A stretch of 64,000 nucleotides of DNA from Bugula neritina (taxonomy: Eukaryota > Animalia > Bryozoa): contig OZ037768.1 in the NCBI GenBank assembly GCA_964035545.1, positions 10,510,741 through 10,574,740 of the forward strand. The letters are read 5' to 3'. The notes beneath the pieces were generated by a model. That model saw only the letters and a list, made by a program, of their open reading frames with translations. It did not search any database and had not been told where the DNA came from. Position 1 is the first letter of the stretch. Every line of letters starts with the position of its first letter. Both the position numbers and the translations under genes were made by a program. Shown here piece after piece: positions 39,801 through 49,800 of this stretch.

Positions 39801-42800
39801 AGTGAGATCGATCCATGGAAAGACGCCAAAGATCGATCTCAGTCGATCTGAGCTGGTCGGTCTGTGGAGCTCGAACTCAGATCGATCTCATGTCAATAAG
39901 ACCATGGAAAGACGCCAGATCGATCTGAGAAGTAGAAAAAGACTGCGCGCTACAATGTTGTCTGCTAATAAAAATGATAACTTATTGATAATTACTAAGC
40001 AAAGCATTAAATAATTATAATAGCCACCTTTTCAGATACCAAAACTTTGACTTTCAGTACAATGATTAAGAAAACTCAATCATATGCAGTAGAAGGTAAA
40101 AAAATGGAAGAATTTAAATTGAATTTAAATGGCTATTAAAACTTAGTTTCATTAGCTATTTTCTTTGTAATTTTAAACCACACAGTCCTATAAGTTTATT
40201 ATTAATTTGCAAGACAGCCATTAATTTTATATAAGCTGTCAAGCTAAAAAATTAAAATTAATTATTTTAAATTGGCCAAATTACCATACACCGAAAGCTT
40301 TGCTGCGTATAGTTTATAGCTGGGATTACATTTTAGACTACGACCATCTTGTTTTCAACAGTAGTAGCTTTAATCACTCAAATAGGTGAACAAATTATAC
40401 TTTTAAAGTATCCTTCACTTAAGAGGAGGCAACTTCGCGAGATCGATCTGACACTCTCATGGAAAAACGATCGATCTGAGCACATTTCTCAGATCGATCT
40501 CAGCGAGATCGATCTGAGATCGGTACATGGAAAGCCCGTGATAGTGTACGAGCATGTTATTATTGTTCTAAGAGTTGAAAGGTTAGCAGCTCTAACCAGA
40601 CTGGTTACAGTCAGCAAAGCAAATAATAATGACAGCTGCCAGCTTCAGATTTGCTCAATAACCAAAACCACAAATATGCTTTGAAGTTTTCTTTTTGTGC
40701 CATTTATCATTAACAAAAATTTTTAAAAAATTTCTGAAACTGCTCATATGTGTACCTATGCCAAAATATTAATCTCAGAAAAAATGAAACTTATACTAGT
40801 AGTAGTCTTCACTCAAACCATACATCTCTACTTATTTTATGGGCCTTCTATATATCATTGAGACTGCCCCTAATACCTGTAGGGGGAGACAACTTTAAAA
40901 TACAAATTCCTCTGGAGGGATGTCTGAAACCCCTCTATAGAGTTGCACAATGAAAAGAGTTGCACTACACGCTCTTTAAGAACACATATTAGAGTGCATT
41001 TTTTAAAAGTTTAATTAAAGCATCTCCAGAACACTATAAATGACAATCATAATAAAGATGCATTATGCAGTTCATGCTGATAATGCAATGCTAATGTAGA
41101 GTGTTTTGAGTCTCTTAATTATGAGGTACAATTCATGCCCTGTTTCCTTTCCACTACAGCTTTTACTAATCAATAACTTTTAGCAAACACACATATTAAA
41201 TTACTTACCACCAAACTGTAAAGGTATATCAAGAAAAAGTGGAATCATTAGAAAAAGTCTGTACTCGGAAAGACTGTTTTCTATCAGTTTAATACTATTG
41301 TCTTCGTTGATAAATAGGTTTGTGTAACAATTAGAAGGCTGTTTTCCAGTCAGACAAAAACTCAGTAAGCCAGAAAGTCCATAAAAACTAAAATACAAAA
41401 ATAAAACCCATACTAAAAACAGATAATTTAAAAAAGCAAACATGAAATAAGCTGCAGCAACCAAAATCTTACTAAGCTACTTTGCAAATATCAAGGCTTT
41501 ATTACAATATAATTGCACTGGTAATATATATATATAGGGAAGAGCATATGGCAAATGGATCAATGTTTAAGCATGAAAGAATAACTTTACTCAGTTGCTA
41601 CGGGGTGCATATTAACTTTATTGGCGTGTAAATACCAGATTAGCAGATCATATATACCTAATTTACATTAAGAAGTTTACAAATGCTCACAGTTGATTGT
41701 CAAAAGGGTTGGAGTAGGTTTTAGTCAAGTGTAGAGTGGAGTTAATATTTTCATGTATTATAGTGATTTCGCCAAAACTGCTTCCATCATTCTACAAACA
41801 ATCAATACTAACAAAGATGAAATCAGAAACTAACACTATTAAAACCAGCAATGTATGACAAAATATTATTTTTCACAATTAAATATTGCAAGAGTCTAAT
41901 AGGTGAAAATAAGTTAAGACCAGGAAAATATGATTCAAAATAAAAACCAACAGTCACAGTAACTTTAAAACAAATTAACTAAAAATATAAAAGTATATAA
42001 TTAAAAATAATCAGAACTAATAATGAGACTCACAACCAGTTTGTATATGGGCAAATCTTTAGATGATTTTTCATTAGATTGATTAGTTTTTAAGCTGTAT
42101 GACAACAAAACAGAGTTCAATTATAAGAAGCACTAAACAAATGACTCGTGTCCAGTGGCTTATTCATGGAAATTAATAATTTATTTATAGTTGATAAAAT
42201 TATGTAATACACAAATAAAAAACTTTCAATTTTTAAATTTTCAGGTCAGGAGTACTATTGTAATATAGCTTGATATTATTGAAATCTTTACAATTATAGT
42301 TGTTTAAAAATTCATCATGCTCTACATTTTAAAAAAATAAAACTAATAATAAACTTACTACAATTTTTTGCTTCAAATTTCTTAGACAATTGAAAGGCAT
42401 CAAATCAGCATTATTTTGCAGAATATATGTTACTTATAAAATATCTTTAAAATATTTGATAAAACAACTATATATTAGCAATGAAAAATTATAACTTTTT
42501 TGTCCCTTCAAAGTATTATTGGAGATATTAATATAAAATTCCAGTCGAATTTTGTCCAAATTACAGTAAAACATGTTCAAGTCATTACATTTTTCAAATG
42601 AAATTAAGAAAGTATCAATTTATAAAAACCCATTAATTAGAACATATTGAGCACATTATCAAATTTAATTTAGGGAAAATCAAAACTCAATTTATTTAGA
42701 AAAAAAAACAAACTTAAAAATGTTGAAATCAACTGTAAAAACATAAATTATTCAAAAATTTAGCATGAATCAATATTATTAATACATCATTATACTTTCA

Positions 42801-43292
42801 TATCGCTATATTATTATTCACGCATATAAAACTTTGAGTTTAAAAACCTACATTACATTTCCAATTGTATGCTATTTTAGTAGTACTTAAATACTTAGCA
42901 TATGTTTAACTTTTACTCATCCACATACAAATACATTGATGAACTTAAATCTTTTTTAATGAATATGAAAATACAACTAACCTTGTATCAAATGATAATT
43001 TAAAGCAGTCAACTGCATCTACTGTTTCCAACTCACTTATTGCCTGTTCATGACCAGTATGGGGCATTTTATTAGACTCCAGAAATGTTGAAGGTAAATT
43101 ACATTGCTTAAAACTTTTAGATACAAGATCTGTTAGTATGAGAATTTTACCACAAACATATTCAAACTGGTCACTAGATGCAGCACGCCATAACCTGGAT
43201 GCGTGATAAGACAGTACTTCTTTTGCTCGATCTAGATTAGGAACAGGTTCGAAAGAAGTTGCAAAATTTGAGTAGCCAGCGTTCAGAATCAT
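33809..43292 (-). CDS. Unassigned protein (about 683 aa) with PAM2-like motif and Pro/Gln/Met-rich low-complexity C-terminus
   Basis: Phase-consistent GT-AG exon chain: 43292-42982, 42094-42034, 41791-41691, 41387-41209, 37121-37004, 36894-36642, 36114-36060, 35638-35539, 35088-34836, 34687-34316, 34174-34014, 33896-33809 (2052 nt, TAA). An extra candidate exon at 36251-36163 changes frame. No family recognised. Confidence 0.7.
38231..39270 (-). pseudogene. Truncated, intron-containing transposase fragment (HTH_Tnp_4-like domain of DDE_Tnp_4/ISL2EU transposases)
   Basis: Removing GT-AG introns 39224-39117 and 39010-38361 gives LYTNIPNKKMFLEHLPAVKYRKNELCHNDCILMTLMKLRLALLHTDLAQRFGLSNRQVSQIFNQTAKLLREALNPMIVF...IPPQ*. 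This fits the FYTGLP...LMKLRL...DLAxRFGxS...VSxIF pattern. No DDE domain follows. Confidence 0.75.
39765..40540. mobile_element. Nested MITE with about 50-bp TIRs and repeated AGATCGATCT palindromes
   Basis: CAC(C/G)GGCTTTCCATGTACCGATCTCAGATCGATCTC at both ends in inverted orientation. Absent from the equivalent site of the left arm (37675-37690, ACACTATATAGCTGCA). TSD is ambiguous. Confidence 0.9.
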
Positions 43293-44499
43293 TTCTGTAA
43301 AAATATATCTCTATTTTAGTTAAGTATATCAAAATTGAAATTGATAGTAGCCTGTTGCATGCTTTGATTTGCAACAGTGGAAATTTGAATTCGTTCCTTT
43401 TTAAAATATGGTCAGGCAAGACCATTGAAAATATTTCAAGAGTTGAAACACCCTTAATACCTCAATTTTTAGGTAAAATTTGTACCTATTTATTTTAATT
43501 AGCCAAGACTTTTAATATAGGTAATAAAAACACATCATTTATCACAAAAGTTGCACAAAATCAAACTTATTTTTAAACTAAATCAAAATAGCCAATATTT
43601 AAAGAATCCTATCTTAGAGTTATTAAAACTAGGCAGCTTTTCTGTTATTATGCTTCAATTACAACTAATAACAATAGTAACACAAATTTAAGAAACAAAA
43701 GTAAGAGGTGTAATAATTGCATTTATTTTCATAACACATCAATATTACTGATCAGTATTTGTATACTACATACAAACCAAAAGATACTATGTCAGTATTA
43801 TCCTAAAGTTTAGCCTCAGGCATTAACTATTACAATTATATGAACATCAGTATGAGTATTAGCAATAGTATATAAGTATATCATATTATCATTACTATTA
43901 CTATTAGTATTACTATTATGGCATTGATTATCATTATCATTGTGTGTACGCATTACTGACAATGCTAGTAATGGTGGCGATTAGGATGGTTACGGTTGTT
44001 AATGCTATACTTATACCTATTGAGCTCGGGGTTACACTTACTTGAATAAACAAACTTTAAAATTACAGTAGTCAATAATTAAAATTATCATCATCATTAT
44101 GGTTGACTACACTAGACCGAGTAGTAGTTACTAGTAGTAGTTAGTCTTACTCTTAGTGTAACACTAACAGCAACTGTAAAGTTCTACCACCCTCAATATA
44201 AGTATAACAATAACGAGCCGAGAGTAGAATTAAAATAACATAGATTATCATTTTAGTTATCACTAAGTTTAAGTTTGTGATCATCATGATGCGGATTATC
44301 ATGAAATATCATCATGATCATGATCAAAATTATTTGCTGTAAGTGTAACCTTCAATTTCAAATCTAAACACTTAAAATATCATATATGCAACATCCATGT
44401 TAGAATTGTTTTACTCGTTATACTAAATTATTTACTTATAGTTAGTTCCAACCTAAATTTTGAGTGATAACTGTGTTATTTTAAATGAAAAGTATAAAA

Positions 44500-45112
44500 T
44501 TGTTGGCTTCATGCGTTTCGTAGCGGCATTACGTTTTATTGAACTTTCATTTTACCATTTGAACAGCCAATAGGAAGTAGTATTAACTTGACCTTCTGTA
44601 ATTGAATAGTAATGGCATTGCAGCATTATTTATTGATTATTCGAAGTTGCAAAATACAACAGCTATTACTATAATATCTAAATAATTATTCCTACGTAAC
44701 CACTATGCATTTGTAGCCATTGCTTATTTTATATTCGAAAGTGATAGTATACAAATTAAAAATGCTCTAATTTTGCATTGTTATTTTAATGAAATTATTG
44801 TAACACCAAATATAAAAATAGTGGGCCAGCTAAATTGTTACATTTTAATATTATGCACTTATGACGATTTAGTACTACATCCAATCGCAATTAGTATTTT
44901 ACGAAGAACGGCAATGATGTGTTCTTTTTATGAGGAAGATAACTCTTTAGTAGTAATTATGGGTTTTCAATAGCTTACATTGATTGGATAAAAATTGCCC
45001 TCCCAAGCATAAAGGCTTTTAACGGAGCCGTTATGGCGCATTCTCGCGAAGATTGTTTTAGTGTTTCCACGCAGCGCAAAACTATTCAATTCTCCACAGG
45101 CCCACCTAAAAG
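44500..45112. promoter_or_regulatory. Putative bidirectional promoter, unassigned gene / SLC39 transporter
   Basis: CCAAT boxes near 44567, 44881 and 44983 (reverse); CpG-rich patch ATGGCGCATTCTCGCGAAG at 45033; plus-strand donor AAAG|GTGAT at 45112; minus-strand donor candidate near 44435. Confidence 0.5.
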
Positions 45113-45980
45113 GTGATATTATTAAGAATCAAACTGTAGTCTGTAGTACAATATTCTACTATTTATATACATATTATATTAATATAAATATTCATAGAAT
45201 TACCAGTTACTTAATTTTAAATAATTAGTAGCCGTAGGTAACGATACTTGTGCCATTGACTAGACAACTCACAACACAGATGCTCAAACAGTCAAAGATT
45301 TGGTCATTACTCATTAGACTAAGACTTAGGGTTAATTCTAGAATTAAAGTTAGATTTACTAACAGCAACTCTATTGCTATTAGACAGCTACTGTTAGTAT
45401 TGCTATGTCTATTACTATTAGTACGAGATTGAGTGTTAATGTGATACTCATAGTATTAGTATTACATTCACACTCAATCTTAGGTTAATATAAATTGTAG
45501 TTGCAGTCTCAATCTGAGTGCCAACATTAATTTGTTATACTTATCCATATTGATATTGAATTAATTGCAACTTTTTGACTTTTAATTTTTTTAACTACAC
45601 TGGCAATGTGGCTATGATTAATCATTATCATAGATGATAATTAAGCATAAGGATAATGATAATACTAAGAGACTGTAACTGTAAGTAATAGTATAAGATA
45701 AATTTATAATAAAATAAAATACTAATACTAATGGGATATTTGTGAAAGATTAGTAAATTAAAAAGGAATAATTATTATTTGTCATGTACTACTATTTTAC
45801 AAAAATAATTAATTTCAACAGAAAACTTGTCAATACTCTTACTCTATTATTGTTTCACAAGTATAACTACTAGACCTAGTGCTACACTTCACAGCGTCAC
45901 TTTAATACTCTCTGGCACTTTGCATTTTTACAGCATTAACTTATTCAAATAAGTATATCTTGGTTATCAGCTAAGTATAA

Positions 45981-46407
45981 CTTCAGGGTAGTGTGCCCAA
46001 ACATATTGTTGTATGAAAAATTGTGTGCATACATATCTTGGAATAATTCACTTGCTGAAGTCGGTTTTGTTTGGCTCAGTGTTCGAGACGCCATAAAACT
46101 GATAGTAATTATTTCTGGTTTTTATTGCTTGCTATTGTTTACTGCTGCAGCACTCCGATTAATCACTGGCTTAAATGTTTGAAACACAGGCTATATATAC
46201 TGCTAAGCAAAAGAAAACATATGAAACTACCCTGTTATAGTCATTAAGATTCAAAGTTAATAACAACTAGTATAAGTTCTATAATGCCTCAGACACTGAG
46301 CCAGACAAAGAGTCATCAGCAAGTGAGTTACTATTCTGAATTATTTCAAGACATGTCTACACAAAATTTATTATAAAATCAATATGCTTGGGCACACAAC
46401 CCCGAAG
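45981..46407. mobile_element. MITE-like element with about 80-90-bp imperfect TIRs in the SLC39 5'UTR intron
   Basis: CTTCAGGGTAGTGTGCCCAAACATATTG...AATTCACTTGCTGA (45981-46058) pairs with TCAGCAAGTGAG...CAATATGCTTGGGCACACAACCCCGAAG (46316-46407). Confidence 0.7.
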
Positions 46408-46837
46408 AAATCGTTCCATTGTTGGTCTTGTATTTTTTGGTTTGAAAGGCTACTTTTCATTAAGTGCATTGTTACAAATTTTCTCTAATTTGTCTTTTTT
46501 CAAAAATTATATTGTATGGCACTGCTGATACCAATAACTGCACACTTGATGATTTTTTTACATCGTTGTTTGGGTTTACATGATATGGTAATAAAAAGTC
46601 TAGAGTTTTTTTACTATTTGTGGGCAGTTAAGCTTAGTGAAAATAATAATTAAAGTTTACAGCAGTTTCATTTTTACTATTTTAAAATAATCAATAACTA
46701 CTTTTTGTATATTGTGTTTATTTTTATTGAAAGTTTATCAATTTAATGCCTTTTGGTATTTGCTTTTAGATGCAAAGATTTGATTAGACACAAAGATATA
46801 CCTCATTGATTGCTATAGCAAAACTGAGCACACAAAC

Positions 46838-49800
46838 ATGCTATACACAATACATATTAATATTGTTATTTTTACCTTCATTTCTGTGGTTCGGAATGAA
46901 AATAATTTCACAGAGCTTATTTATAAAGAATATGGCTTCCATAATACTCCATCTCAACAACTAGTTTTAAGCTCTGATAATATCACGACACTCTCCCACA
47001 ATATCCTTGACGGGCGAAGATTTGCTCAGTCTACAGCATGCAATGGATCTCAATGCTCACCTCGTCATGTAAGTAGTAGCTAATCTTTCTAGGTTTTCCA
47101 TAATATGTAGCTTATAATTTAACATTTCTAAGAACTGTAATAAATCTAATATATCTGTAAATTAAGTCTTCTTAGCTGCAATCATGTTAATTTTAATCTT
47201 AAAAACATGCTGTTATGTTTTACTTAATTTCAATGAAATATGTGTCTATTATGACTAAATGGTAGTTAGGAAAACTTCACAAAGCTACATTGCATATGTT
47301 AAGCTTTAAGGTTCTTGTCGTTGTTTGTAGTCTGATTCTGCGTGCTATTCTCCCGTTCCTTCTGGCAACAATTCCAATTTATCCATCTCGGAGTTTGCAG
47401 AAGCTTGTCCGCAAATACTATATTCACTGTCTCAAGACTGTGTTAAAAGTTTACCATCCACCAAAGAGCATGAAGAAGTTGAGGTTAAGGAGAAGCCATC
47501 TCCACTAGAAGGTATGCAATGGTCCTGTACATCTTTTATTCAAATAACACCTAATGTGGTGTTTACATGTTTCAAACACACCCACAAATTTAATTTAGTA
47601 TGTGTTTTTTTTACCAATGTTTACCAATAATTGCAATTTAACATACTGCTAAAGTGCTAGTGGTTGTTGTACTTGTAAGAGCTAACCTTCATGCCACTGC
47701 AATATAGCTTACAACCCTCATTAATCAATTGGTGGACAAATTTTATTTTCTACTTGAAAGAATTGACAAAACCACAGTCTAAATATGAATGTAATGAAAT
47801 AGGAACTGTAGGGTGTACCAGCAGTATACTAAAATATGAACTGAACTTAATATTGACCAATTGTATAAACTGCACCATTTGGGTACTGGAATGTCAATTT
47901 TAGGCAACTTTGGTTTGTTTATATTGGATTTATATTTCATTGTTGAGTGTAGGGATTGACACTGACAATTTCAAAAACTGCAAAGGCTTTCTAAAATGAT
48001 AGAAGATTTTGTGTAGCTCCTATGGTTTTGCAGATTTTATGCAGTTGTCAAAATTGCCTTTTGTTAAGTACCAATTTCAGTTTTTAAAAGAGAGCTAACC
48101 AGTTGAAACTAAGATTAGTGAATGCAACAAAACTAGTAGTAAGGTAAAGCCTAAATTTCACCAATGTCATATAACCTCTTATAATGTTGAGTATGTCATA
48201 ACCGTAAAGAAGTTTTAGTGAAAAGATGGCTGCTGAAACAAAAACAATGACAATGTTTTTGTAAATGAGATGTTTTCATTCGGGTAAAAGTTTATTTATT
48301 CAATAGGAAAGAAGGAATTTTTTCAACCTTTCAAAAAATGTGCTTATTTCAATTTAAAAACACAATTTTTCAACTGCTCTGCCAATTGGAGTTTGTCTGT
48401 TTAGTCTAGCCACATGAAATTGAAACAAAAACATGGCTGAGTTTAAAAAAAATTAAGTTCAAAGAGAAAGCTTTGTTAACTCGTGTTAGTATGACTGGAT
48501 GAATACCATTGTAGCTGTAGTAGTCAGTCTGGGTTTGTTTAGATATGAGGTTTGTTTGTGGAACTAGGTACTTGACAAGCTCTATGATATACTAATAAAT
48601 CTAGTACCCAAGTGCTACTGAGTGTAAAACATATGTGTTCAAATAGTAGTCAATAGTAATAGTAGTAATAATAGTAATAGTATAGTAATAATAGGTCCTT
48701 AGTATAGAGCTTGAATTTTGAGAGTTTGCAGCATAGTTAGATGCAATTCTCTCCAGAATGTTCTTGCCTAGCACAGGCAGCGTAACAGGATGAACTTATG
48801 TCTTGTAGAACTAATTCTTATATGCATTACGATTTCTTACATCATCACCAGTTGTAATATTTTTTATGGGAATTGCAAAGATTGTTATTTCTGCCACATC
48901 TAAGTTATGTTTGTCTGTTACAGTTTGGGGATATGGATTTCTTTTTGTCACTCTTATTAACATTTGTTCATTGACTGGTTTCATTGTGCTTCCCTTCATC
49001 AAGAAAGACTTCTATTCCTACCTTCTCATGTTCCTGATAGCCCTGGCTGTAGGTAGCTTGGTAGCTAGTGCACTGCTTGTCCTTATACCAGAGGTAGGTT
49101 TGGGTGAGAAAACAAACTTTCTCGAGTCACTTTGTCTTCCGTTAACAACGTGATAAACTAAAAAAAGAATGGGACATGACTGCAACTTCTTGCTATGAGC
49201 CTAATTATACCAATAAGTCTTTAAAATAAGCCACAGCCGTGCTAAACTGGTAGAGAGACATCTTATCTGTGATTAAAGTAATAAATATTCTAATTAATTC
49301 AATCATCATGTTTCACTGATTCTGATTTATTTTGTTTTAATTGATCTAGTGCAGCTATAAAACCATTAAAATAATGTCACAATTTTGCTAGTTTAGCCAC
49401 TAGAGTATTTCCTTGCTTTAATTACCTGTCCTTAAATTTTTAGACAATGATTCACTGTTTATTTTTTTTCAAATTACCCCACAGAAAGGAAATGCAATTG
49501 CATGGATAGCACTCACTAAATTTCCATGTTTGAAATTTTAAGGCACTATAAACCGTTAAATCACTGAAGTTTTCAAAACTTTGCATTTTTAAGTTTTGAA
49601 AGACTTTTAAAAAAGATCAAAGTTTGATATATGAAATATTAGTTAATGAAATATAGGTTTTTCTTGATTGATCAATTGTATATCAGTGTTGAACTTGAAA
49701 AGCTGAGTTGTTAACTGTTGTAGATTGATATATGCACTAAACTCTGCTCAGAAAACATGCAACACGTATTTATTAGGACACTCTATCTGAGTAAAAGATC

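Larger units (their letters stand above)
37286..40936. mobile_element. Non-autonomous long-TIR (fold-back) DNA transposon, ISL2EU/PHIS-like
   Basis: Termini AGAGGGGTTTCAGACATCCCTCC / GGAGGGATGTCTGAAACCCCTCT flanked by AT on both sides (a TA reading is also possible). Left arm 37286-~38180 is the reverse complement of ~39264-39762 plus 40542-40936 with few mismatches. Internal transposase HTH relic. Confidence 0.92.

Noticed and set aside
39781-39930. Short palindromic repeats with spacers resembling a CRISPR array
   Set aside because: Irregular spacing, mirrored at the other end as TIRs, eukaryotic context, no cas genes.
37236-40953. Near-identical ORF pair MYLCQNI... and the IDL-rich ORFs at 39715 and 40349
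   Set aside because: Chance frames in the inverted arms and in the AGATCGATCT arrays of the nested MITE.
41209-41215. 7-nt micro-exon TTTGGTG
   Set aside because: Gives the wrong phase for the next exon; the 179-nt exon 41387-41209 fits.
44500-46840. Metal-response elements or iron-responsive element for the ZIP transporter
   Set aside because: Only an isolated TGCRCNC match in the intron (about 46520), expected by chance; no CAGUGN stem-loop with a C bulge seen in the UTRs.
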